A stretch of 31,175 bases of DNA from a virus (IMGVR_UViG_3300032244_000256:1-31175), one strand, 5' to 3'; positions 9,357 through 16,344 are shown, numbered from the stretch's first letter. The notes: a model not told the origin generated them from the sequence alone. Program-made: numbers and translations.

Positions 9357-9778
9357 ATGGAGAACAAGAGAATCACTGGCACCCAAAGTACGGGGAAATT
9401 GACTGGTACCCAATGTATGAACAAATGCTTGAAGAAGAAGGCGAAGAACATCCGTATTACTTGTACTACGAACACGAAGGTTATAAGTTCCAACTAACTG
9501 AAGAGAATACTTTTGTTTACTTGAATAGAGTTGCGCCTAACATGAACGGCGTGGCTATTGTTGATCCAATAGATAACTGTGCTTGGTGGTGGTTTGCCGA
9601 CACACATGAGGAGTATGAAGAACTAGAAGAATTAGTAGCGCCAATAGCGACGATCATTTCAAGTGACATACCGCAGGAGTCAGCGGTGAAGAACTATCTA
9701 TTAAGAACGTTAAAAGACGTAGTCAGCGTCGACTATGTTCCAGAGGAGTGGGAAAATGAAGGCAACATGGACGGGTAA
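9344..9778 (+). CDS. Hypothetical acidic, aromatic-rich protein
   Basis: 144 aa, AAGGGG RBS, overlaps both neighbours. Confidence 0.7.
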   Translation: MARINGEQENHWHPKYGEIDWYPMYEQMLEEEGEEHPYYLYYEHEGYKFQLTEENTFVYLNRVAPNMNGVAIVDPIDNCAWWWFADTHEEYEELEELVAPIATIISSDIPQESAVKNYLLRTLKDVVSVDYVPEEWENEGNMDG

Positions 9779-11027
9779 GAGGTTAGCGTGTTTAATTCAC
9801 GACGATTGGCAAACCTTTAATGCTAAATATCCTGAAGTCAAATATAATACATGGAAAGGTAAGAGATCTTACTGGAACGATAAAATAAAAAAGGGAGCGA
9901 TAGATATGCCACCAAAGCCTGAGAAAGAACCAACAACTGGTAACAACTTCGAGGACATTCTCAGGCTGCATAACGTATCGCCTGAACTAGCTAACGAGTT
10001 AACAGAGAAGGGATTCCACGTTGGCTTTATTCGCAACTCAGAAGGTGAGATTGAATACACGATTCCGCTTCCACACGCTAGAGGCAATACTAAAAAGGAT
10101 CTAGAAGGCTTTGAGCCCGCGCAGGCTGCACGTATTACACCAAGTAAGAGAAAACCTCAAGTTAGGGATCACAAGCGCTTGTACGTCTTCTCAGACGCTC
10201 AGATAGACTATCGCAGGCTAGAGGATGGTACGCTTGATCCTATTCATGATGAACGTGCTCTTGCTGTAGGACGAATGATCTGCAAGGACATGATGGTAGA
10301 TGAGATTATAAACTTAGGTGACACCGTTGACTTAGCTGCACTCAGCCGATTCAAGCCTGACTCCGACCACTTCCACCGCACGCTCGGGCCTGCTTTCCAG
10401 AGAGTGCATGACTACTACGGAGAGCTTAGAGCTGACACACCGTGGGCAAAGATAACTGAGGTTGACTCCAACCACAACACACGCTTAAAAGACTTTATGT
10501 TAAAGAACGCTCCTAACTTATACGGCTTCCGTAGGCCAGGAGATGAAGATGAGTATCCAATGTTTACCTACCCTTACATGGCAAACCTTGGGGCAGTAGA
10601 AGTTGACTGGATAAGCGGATACGGATCAGCTGAATACGTTTACGGATTAGAGTACGACACACCGCCAATTATCTTTAAGCACGGCAACTCAGCAGTTAAT
10701 GGTGGCTCAACCGCAGCAAAAGAAAGCCGAGAGAATCCCGAGACTCACGTTGTTAGAGGACATTCACACCGAGTAGAGACTGCATACCGAACTACAAGAG
10801 CAGGTAATTATCTCGCATCAGTAGTTGTCGGTGCTGCATGTAGAATTACTGGAGAAGTTCCAAGCTATCACTCAGCTGTTGACGATAATGGCAACGTCGT
10901 AAAATATCAGGAAAACTGGCAACAAGGTGTGATGGTTATTTATGACTATGATGGAGAGTATCAGTACGACACTATCCTAATCAGAGATGGTAAAGCCAAC
11001 TACAACGGCAAGACTTACGAGGCCTGA
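9756..11027 (+). CDS. Calcineurin-like metallophosphoesterase with N-terminal extension
   Basis: Motifs SDAQ (DxH variant), GDTVD, SNHN (GNH variant), KHG, GHSH; GAGGAG RBS supports ATG 9756. Confidence 0.8.
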   Translation: MKATWTGKRLACLIHDDWQTFNAKYPEVKYNTWKGKRSYWNDKIKKGAIDMPPKPEKEPTTGNNFEDILRLHNVSPELANELTEKGFHVGFIRNSEGEIEYTIPLPHARGNTKKDLEGFEPAQAARITPSKRKPQVRDHKRLYVFSDAQIDYRRLEDGTLDPIHDERALAVGRMICKDMMVDEIINLGDTVDLAALSRFKPDSDHFHRTLGPAFQRVHDYYGELRADTPWAKITEVDSNHNTRLKDFMLKNAPNLYGFRRPGDEDEYPMFTYPYMANLGAVEVDWISGYGSAEYVYGLEYDTPPIIFKHGNSAVNGGSTAAKESRENPETHVVRGHSHRVETAYRTTRAGNYLASVVVGAACRITGEVPSYHSAVDDNGNVVKYQENWQQGVMVIYDYDGEYQYDTILIRDGKANYNGKTYEA

Positions 11028-11239
11028 ACTTGGTTTTGTAGGTCAGCAGTTCTTAGAGTCTTATACATATCTTCATCAGTATCGTATCTATTCAACTCAT
11101 CTATTCTCGCTTTTAGTTGAGATTGTTTTATGAGGTCGGTTAGTCTTATTGCTAGTTCGTCACAATACGTTTGCCAAGAACTATTGCTGTTTTCTGTTCG
11201 TAACTCTTTTACCAGGTCATCTATACTCTCAGTACTCAT
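11015..11239 (-). CDS. Hypothetical protein
   Basis: 74 aa, AAGGAG RBS; converges on and overlaps the phosphoesterase stop. Confidence 0.65.
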   Translation of the reverse strand: MSTESIDDLVKELRTENSNSSWQTYCDELAIRLTDLIKQSQLKARIDELNRYDTDEDMYKTLRTADLQNQVQAS

Positions 11240-11250
11240 TGTATTCTCCT

Positions 11251-11313
11251 TTATTTATGCGGACACTTTCCGCTTGTATGTTCGTTTGAGTTGCAGATGA
11301 TGCATATCTTCAT
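11251..11313 (-). CDS. 20-aa CCHC zinc-knuckle micro-ORF
   Basis: MKICIICNSNEHTSGKCPHK matches C-X2-C-X4-H-X4-C; its stop abuts the RBS of the next gene. Confidence 0.6.
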   Translation of the reverse strand: MKICIICNSNEHTSGKCPHK

Positions 11314-11340
11314 AGTAGAGTTTCCATTTAGTTAAAGTCA

Positions 11341-11976
11341 TTAGTACCAACATCCTTGTGCGCTACCGCACCTTGAATACCAAGTCGCTAATGCATTTTC
11401 CCAACTACCATATCGTACCTTGACGTAGTTGTCCATCCATCTTAGTTGTGTAACGGGATCAGTGTTTACTCCGTTCGGCAACTTAGAACATGGCCATGCC
11501 TGAGGGATTCCACACGCACCTGACGTAGGGTTGATAGCACGAGGGTTACAACCTGATTCTTTTAAGATCAGTTTAGTAGTAGCTTGTGTTTGAGGGATGC
11601 CAGCTTGTGCCATCCAATCCGCACAGCCACCACTAGCACTAGCTTTAGGCGTACTTACGGCGTTTTGAGCCTTGACTGCCACATCACGCTGCTTTTGTTG
11701 CAGCTTAGCTTGTAGCTCACGAGAAAGTCTGTCTCGCTCTTCTTGTAATTGTTTGAGCTGTTCTTCAACTTTAGATTTGTCTGAATCTTTTTTGTTTAGC
11801 TCGTTGTTGAGATCATTATATTTCTGATCTAAGATTTGTAACTTAGCAGAGTTATCTTTTAACTCTATCTTCTTTAACTGAATTCCATCATTTAATCGGT
11901 CTATATGACGTATACCAATCATTGCTACTGCTAGGAAGAGTGCAACAACTGTCGTTGTTAATACCTTTTGTTTCAT
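11341..11976 (-). CDS. Membrane-anchored coiled-coil lytic transglycosylase (SLT/lysozyme-like)
   Basis: N-terminal TM/signal, long coiled coil, then KESGCNP.A.NP.SGACGIPQA...QLRWM.NY...RYGSW, ending in WY. Confidence 0.85.
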   Translation of the reverse strand: MKQKVLTTTVVALFLAVAMIGIRHIDRLNDGIQLKKIELKDNSAKLQILDQKYNDLNNELNKKDSDKSKVEEQLKQLQEERDRLSRELQAKLQQKQRDVAVKAQNAVSTPKASASGGCADWMAQAGIPQTQATTKLILKESGCNPRAINPTSGACGIPQAWPCSKLPNGVNTDPVTQLRWMDNYVKVRYGSWENALATWYSRCGSAQGCWY

Positions 11977-12042
11977 AGATGTTAAGTGCCAAGACGGGGC
12001 GGTATAAAATATGCTCCTTTTTAAAAGTGTTATTATTATACC

Positions 12043-12246
12043 TTACCGCATGAACTTAGATGCAAGTCTGTATGCAGAATCTACACCAACTACTACTGCA
12101 ATTGGCAGAAGGACTTTGTTGTCTTGTGTGACGAAAACGTATGCAGTTGCGAGTTCAGCAAGTGCTACAACCAAGCTGTATAGACCAGCTAGTTTGCCTT
12201 TCAAGTTTCGATCTTTTTTTACTTCTGTTGTTTTTGTGTTCTTCAT
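12043..12246 (-). CDS. Small membrane protein (basic N-terminus, two hydrophobic segments)
   Basis: 67 aa, AAGGGG RBS, own near-consensus promoter upstream. Confidence 0.7.
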   Translation of the reverse strand: MKNTKTTEVKKDRNLKGKLAGLYSLVVALAELATAYVFVTQDNKVLLPIAVVVGVDSAYRLASKFMR

Positions 12247-12290
12247 AGCTTATATTCCCCTTTCGCTATTTATTATTATTGAACACTCGT

Positions 12291-12319
12291 AGTGTAGCAC
12301 GCTGATGCTATTATGTCAA
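12291..12319 (-). promoter_or_regulatory. Sigma70-type early promoter
   Basis: Minus strand TTGACA-N17-TACACT. Confidence 0.8.
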
Positions 12320-12330
12320 GCTTATGCTAA

Positions 12331-12370
12331 TAAAAAAAGTCCCTGGAGTGGTGGGGAAACCAAGGACTTT
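12331..12370 (-). terminator. Intrinsic terminator, possibly ending a ~40-nt sRNA
   Basis: Minus strand AAAGTCCTTGG-13 nt loop-CCAGGGACTTT followed by a T run. Confidence 0.7.
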
Positions 12371-12398
12371 AGCTACATTATACGTTACAATTGCACGT

Positions 12399-12430
12399 AA
12401 ATAAAGAAAGACCCCCAAAAGGAGGTCTTT
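12399..12430 (-). terminator. Intrinsic terminator after ninG
   Basis: Minus strand AAAGACCTCC-TTTT-GGGGGTCTTT-CTTTATTT. Confidence 0.75.
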
Positions 12431-12472
12431 GCTTACACTTCACCTTCAACTAAATAGAGAGGTATATATATT

Positions 12473-12886
12473 TTATACCATTTTCTCATAAAAAGCAATC
12501 TGTTCTCGCGCGTCTTTGATTACTTCTTCTAAGAACTGGCGGGTAACTTTAAAGTACTCCTGAGATTTCTGGTGCAGGCTCTCGGCTGTTCCTGTCCCGT
12601 ATTTAGCTTCCAGTGCTTGTGAATATTTATATTGCTCCCCAGCGCCAAACATATTGCATCCAGCGCATTGGGCATTACAGTTTAACTCGTCCCATCTCGT
12701 TGACGGAAACCTACGACTCATGAAGTGTCCACAGTGCATCTGCTTTATGGGTTTGACCATGCCACAGGTGATACACTCTGCCACCCACTCACCGTTACGC
12801 AGTTCCCCATCACGATAACGTATCATTCGTGAAAAGTATTTGTCTGCATCTTTACGCAAACTTGGTATCGTCTTTAATTTTTTCAC
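12473..12886 (-). CDS. ninG: NinG/Rap-like recombination endonuclease; probable GTG start at 12886
   Basis: D..FS..IR.RD, CITCG, HCGHFMSR, TRWDE.NCNAQC..CN, ALEAKYG, the lambda NinG-family pattern. Confidence 0.85.
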   Translation of the reverse strand: MKKLKTIPSLRKDADKYFSRMIRYRDGELRNGEWVAECITCGMVKPIKQMHCGHFMSRRFPSTRWDELNCNAQCAGCNMFGAGEQYKYSQALEAKYGTGTAESLHQKSQEYFKVTRQFLEEVIKDAREQIAFYEKMV

Positions 12887-13040
12887 TGAGCTCTTTTTGT
12901 TTACGCCTAGCTTCGGCGCTTTTCTTTTGGGCTTCACGGGCTGCCTCCACATCCTTAAAGTATTTACCACCTGATTTTACTTTACGCATGTTTGCGATTT
13001 TACGGTAGAAGTCAGGATCGCTCTTGTTAAGTTTGTCCAT
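12852..13040 (-). CDS. Small basic protein, degenerate KGG-like paralog
   Basis: 62 aa; DPDFYRKIA...GG.YF....AAREA parallels GDDFYKKIG...GGFY....LAKIA of 13395..13682. Confidence 0.6.
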   Translation of the reverse strand: MDKLNKSDPDFYRKIANMRKVKSGGKYFKDVEAAREAQKKSAEARRKQKELSEKIKDDTKFA

Positions 13041-13041
13041 G

Positions 13042-13404
13042 TTACCACCCCGCTGGTAGTTCTTCCTCAAACACTTCAGAGCTTTCTTTTACTGGGTTGA
13101 AGAAGTAACGTATCTCCATACCAGTTTTACCATTGCCCTTAACTCTAAAGCGTCGTCCATTAACATCACTTCGACCATCTTCACAGACTGCCTCTAGTAT
13201 GTTTGCAACCTGAGATGCAGATAGATCTAATCGTCCTTTATCTGTGTCACAAGTATAGATCTTGCGGTATCCTTCTTTCCATGTTTCAGACATGAGCATC
13301 TTACGTGACTCATTATCCCAAGCCTTAAACTTGTATGGGAACATCTTTTCAATTGTGAATTCCTGATCTAATAGATCGCTTAGTTTTGTATATGTTACTT
13401 CCAT
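13042..13404 (-). CDS. Putative single-stranded DNA-binding protein
   Basis: 120 aa from MEVTYTK; beta-rich body and acidic tail ending in an aromatic residue (EEELPAGW); sits among recombination genes. Confidence 0.5.
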   Translation of the reverse strand: MEVTYTKLSDLLDQEFTIEKMFPYKFKAWDNESRKMLMSETWKEGYRKIYTCDTDKGRLDLSASQVANILEAVCEDGRSDVNGRRFRVKGNGKTGMEIRYFFNPVKESSEVFEEELPAGW

Positions 13405-13682
13405 GCTCTGCTCCCTAATACTTTTAATAACCATCTGCTGTGTTGCATCTTCTCTACTTGTTTATCAATTTCAAGATCATGCTCAATAACGTCTGGTTGT
13501 TTACGTCGGCTAATCCTACCACCCTTAGCTCCTGCTATTTTAGCAAGCTCTCTGTTAGCGTAAAAGCCGCCTGTTGTTCCCTTCTTACCGCCCATAGCAC
13601 CGATCTTCTTGTAAAAGTCATCTCCATGCTTTGCTTTGTTAGTGGCTGCTGCTCGCTGTCCACCTAATTTATTTCCTGCCAT
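13395..13682 (-). CDS. KGG-repeat/general stress-type small basic protein
   Basis: MAGNKLGGQRAAATNKAKHGDDFYKKIGAMGGKKGTTGGFYANRELAKIAGAKGGRISRR; AAGGAGG RBS. Confidence 0.85.
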   Translation of the reverse strand: MAGNKLGGQRAAATNKAKHGDDFYKKIGAMGGKKGTTGGFYANRELAKIAGAKGGRISRRKQPDVIEHDLEIDKQVEKMQHSRWLLKVLGSRAWK

Positions 13683-13700
13683 CTTACCCTCCTTTTATTG

Positions 13701-13808
13701 TTAATCAGTTAGAAACACTGCCGCTGCAGACAATCCTATGAACCAAACCCAACTGAATGGTGTAAGGCCTATGGCTACTGCAAGTATATATATAATTGGT
13801 AAACCCAT
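13701..13808 (-). CDS. 35-aa hydrophobic membrane peptide, absent from the ORF track
   Basis: MGLPIIYILAVAIGLTPFSWVWFIGLSAAAVFLTD; starts 2 nt after the upstream stop and fills the gap. Confidence 0.6.
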   Translation of the reverse strand: MGLPIIYILAVAIGLTPFSWVWFIGLSAAAVFLTD

Positions 13809-13810
13809 AA

Positions 13811-14173
13811 CTAAATCTTTGCTGTGTCCATGCATGGTGCAATTGCGTCTGTTTCTTGCTGGTTGTATCCTGTCTTTAGAATACGGTCAACAGTCTCTTG
13901 GTTTTCATACCAATATGCGCCCTTAACCATTTCAAGTAAGTCAAATGTACATCCACAGAATTTATCAGCATCATACTGAGCCGCTAGTTCACCAGTAAAT
14001 CCTTTTTTACAACCTGATATGAAACCATTTCGTGCTGTATTGTAAGTGGCTTGTGGTGTCATGTTAGTTGCTGATGAGAAGATAGCACGCATTCCAAAGA
14101 ACACTGCTACTCCCGTTATTAAACCTATTGCTACTTGCTTTTGTGGACTTAAGTCACTCATATTATTCTCCAA
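13811..14173 (-). CDS. Membrane-anchored Cys-containing exported protein
   Basis: N-terminal TM helix (VAIGLITGVAVFFGM) and C...CxC...C pattern; the start may be ATG 14161. Confidence 0.7.
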   Translation of the reverse strand: MENNMSDLSPQKQVAIGLITGVAVFFGMRAIFSSATNMTPQATYNTARNGFISGCKKGFTGELAAQYDADKFCGCTFDLLEMVKGAYWYENQETVDRILKTGYNQQETDAIAPCMDTAKI

Positions 14174-14489
14174 ACGGTAGGATCGTATAACCGTTAGACT
14201 CTAAGATCTTTTCAAGGTCTTCGTGGTTAATTGATTCTCGAACCGTCTTATATTTATTGTATCGAGCTTCCAGAACGTGATGGTCTGGTTCATATTTACC
14301 TTGTTCCTGTAGTGTTCTACGGATCCGTGTAATTGTCTCAAACGCTGGTAGTTCCTTGAAGATCTCTTTCTGCTGCGGCGTCAAAGATATGCCTGACTTC
14401 TCCATGTAAATGAGTAGCAAAGCCTTATCTGAGTTACGGGCAGAGCGACTAACCTTTAGGATGTTCTCAACGCGTTGACTTATTTTCAT
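14163..14489 (-). CDS. Hypothetical protein, possibly winged-helix DNA-binding; start re-assigned to 14489
   Basis: 108 aa from MKISQRV with AAGGAG RBS; ARNSDK.L and ETITR.RR.LQEQG.Y motifs. Confidence 0.65.
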   Translation of the reverse strand: MKISQRVENILKVSRSARNSDKALLLIYMEKSGISLTPQQKEIFKELPAFETITRIRRTLQEQGKYEPDHHVLEARYNKYKTVRESINHEDLEKILESNGYTILPFGE

Positions 14490-15288
14490 TCTTAAGCTCC
14501 TTACTATAGGTGGTCCATCCGCCATTCCAGTGGAAGATGTCTAGACCTGTTACTTCATATCCTGCTGCTATCATGATGTCAGCGTAGAACTGTAGCTGAA
14601 TCCAGTAAGAGTTAATTGACTTCTGGATGTCGGCGTTAGTTTTAAAGTCTTGTATGCGACATTGCTTTGGTCCAGTCAGTAGCATTCTGTCTATCTGACC
14701 AGCACGTTTAGCCCTGTGGTCTACTATGAAGACTTCATGTACAGCTTTTTCCTTCTCACGACCCTCATAGAACTCTTGTACGGCCTTTTTAATGACTGGG
14801 TGGTCATGTAGGTTAGTTTGCTTATCAATGCTCTTAGAGAGGCTCTGAAAGCGTCCGTATAATTCGAGTGCTTTATGGATAGCTGTGCCAAACCCTGCAG
14901 ATACTTCTGATTTAAGTTTCCACATTTGCTTTATGTCTGTAGCAGATACGTCAAACTTATTTGCCATTGCCTCGGAGATTTTCTCTAGGTCAAATGGTTT
15001 CTCTAAGCTCTTAGCGTACTGTGAGCCAGACATATAGATGTCACCAGCTTCGTTTGTGTAGGTATGAGTAGCGTCATCGTAGTAGATGTCACCCCCAACA
15101 TATGCCGTTATTTTCTTACGCTGTGCTGCTGATGGAAGTGGCTTCTCGCTGTACTTAGCCCACAACTTCTCGATGTGCGGCATTGCCATTGCGTTTGCTT
15201 CTTCAAATGTATCAGCTTCTACTTCAATAGACGGCTGGATGTTTCCATATTGTACTGTTGGTATTACTGCCGTTATTGTGTATTTCAT
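14467..15288 (-). CDS. PD-(D/E)XK (RecB-like) nuclease
   Basis: GTAIHKALE, AGQID, IQDFKT and QLQFY motifs. Confidence 0.85.
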   Translation of the reverse strand: MKYTITAVIPTVQYGNIQPSIEVEADTFEEANAMAMPHIEKLWAKYSEKPLPSAAQRKKITAYVGGDIYYDDATHTYTNEAGDIYMSGSQYAKSLEKPFDLEKISEAMANKFDVSATDIKQMWKLKSEVSAGFGTAIHKALELYGRFQSLSKSIDKQTNLHDHPVIKKAVQEFYEGREKEKAVHEVFIVDHRAKRAGQIDRMLLTGPKQCRIQDFKTNADIQKSINSYWIQLQFYADIMIAAGYEVTGLDIFHWNGGWTTYSKELKNENKSTR

Positions 15289-15401
15289 TCTACTTCTCTT
15301 AAGTTGTATTCCATTTCTTGGTTCATTTCAACAAGTTCATGATGTAAGTCTTCTAGTGCATCCATCAATGATTCAATCTTGTCTAGTATGTCATCACGCA
15401 T
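15285..15401 (-). CDS. 38-aa acidic helical micro-protein
   Basis: MRDDILDKIESLMDALEDLHHELVEMNQEMEYNLREVE; TAATG and ATGA overlaps with neighbours. Confidence 0.65.
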   Translation of the reverse strand: MRDDILDKIESLMDALEDLHHELVEMNQEMEYNLREVE

Positions 15402-15553
15402 TATGCCCCCATTTCTTTGTGATATTCGTAGTCTTCGTCACAGTAACATCCATCTTCATGTACTAACTTGTTTCCGAGGAAGTAACACGTGTCGGATATG
15501 TACTCTGGGACGGTGACATGTATTTTGATCGCTTTCTTAGTCTGGTTATTCAT
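15401..15553 (-). CDS. 50-aa micro-protein with Cys/His cluster
   Basis: MNNQTKKAIKIHVTVPEYISDTCYFLGNKLVHEDGCYCDEDYEYHKEMGA; overlaps both neighbours. Confidence 0.65.
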   Translation of the reverse strand: MNNQTKKAIKIHVTVPEYISDTCYFLGNKLVHEDGCYCDEDYEYHKEMGA

Positions 15554-15681
15554 TCGTAGTTTTCCTCAAGCCAGACAAGGAAGTCTTTTATCTTTGGTTT
15601 AGTTCCGTCACGCTCGCAAATCGCAACGTATAAGTCAAATAAGTTCTCATTAACAGCCTTCGTATCGATATAATCGTCCAT
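15550..15681 (-). CDS. 43-aa micro-protein
   Basis: MDDYIDTKAVNENLFDLYVAICERDGTKPKIKDFLVWLEENYE; GGAGG RBS and TAATG overlap. Confidence 0.65.
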   Translation of the reverse strand: MDDYIDTKAVNENLFDLYVAICERDGTKPKIKDFLVWLEENYE

Positions 15682-15905
15682 TAAAACCCTCCAATTACTG
15701 ACTGCACCAGCATGACAGCTATGTGTACGTTAAAGTACGCAAGTATCATAGTGATAAGTGCCAGCACTAAGAACAATTTGAGTATGCTCTTAATGATTCT
15801 TTTAATATGTTTTAAATGTGCGTAGTTTCTCTTCGGCTTACGACCAAGTACATAGACTCCGCCGCTGTGATTGCCTAAGAAACCATCTCCATTGAGATCA
15901 GTCAC
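15681..15905 (-). CDS. Small membrane protein, first gene of the early operon
   Basis: 74 aa, basic patch followed by a long hydrophobic C-terminus. Confidence 0.6.
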   Translation of the reverse strand: MTDLNGDGFLGNHSGGVYVLGRKPKRNYAHLKHIKRIIKSILKLFLVLALITMILAYFNVHIAVMLVQSVIGGF

Positions 15906-15924
15906 AATCCCCCCTTTTTGTTAT

Positions 15925-16125
15925 TGGTACGCTCAATACTGTCATGAGCCTAACCTTACGCGTTCATGACCGCAGAGCTCTGTTCGGGCTATCTCTTTGA
16001 CAGAATAGAACGTACCATTTTGTTAAAGTTAACGGTGATGGGTAGCAACTTTTAGTTAATTATCCTGCGAGAGTTTCGCTCGCTCTACTACCGTATCCGT
16101 TATTGAAGTGTAAGCTTTATCAGCT
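15925..16125 (-). ncRNA. Candidate structured 5' leader RNA of the early operon
   Basis: Two nested multi-stem domains found by eye; stem mismatches become G-U pairs on the minus strand only. Confidence 0.55.
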
Positions 16126-16132
16126 TGTACTT

Positions 16133-16161
16133 AGTTTACTACAGCATGATGCTGATGTCAA
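16133..16161 (-). promoter_or_regulatory. Sigma70-type early promoter with palindromic spacer
   Basis: Minus strand TTGACA-N17-TAAACT; the spacer contains CAGCAT-C-ATGCTG. Confidence 0.8.
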
Positions 16162-16209
16162 GTACTTTTAATGCTTAATATCATGTAATACTTATGGTAT
16201 ATTCGTACT

Positions 16210-16344
16210 ATGAAACGTCTTAATCAAGAATTAGCACGTAAGCTCATGAAACAAGAAGCTTTTGAGTACATCAAAAAGCGTGAGAAGAAGATTGAGTTAC
16301 TTAAAAAAGGTAAGACTGCCTTTGTAGACACGTTAAAGAAGTAA
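16210..16344 (+). CDS. 44-aa basic helical protein, probably leaderless
   Basis: MKRLNQELARKLMKQEAFEYIKKREKKIELLKKGKTAFVDTLKK; TGgTATATT lies 6 nt before the ATG. Confidence 0.6.
   Translation: MKRLNQELARKLMKQEAFEYIKKREKKIELLKKGKTAFVDTLKK

Noticed and set aside
11977-12021. Orphan AAGGAG about 36 nt upstream of the transglycosylase ATG, suggesting a non-canonical start
   Set aside because: The only in-frame near-cognate codon (ATA) is 1 nt from the SD, too close to be used, so no alternative start can be supported.
16067-16123. Hammerhead ribozyme in the early leader (CUGAUAA...GAAA on the minus strand)
   Set aside because: The core is CUGAUAA rather than CUGANGA, and the flanking stems do not give hammerhead topology.
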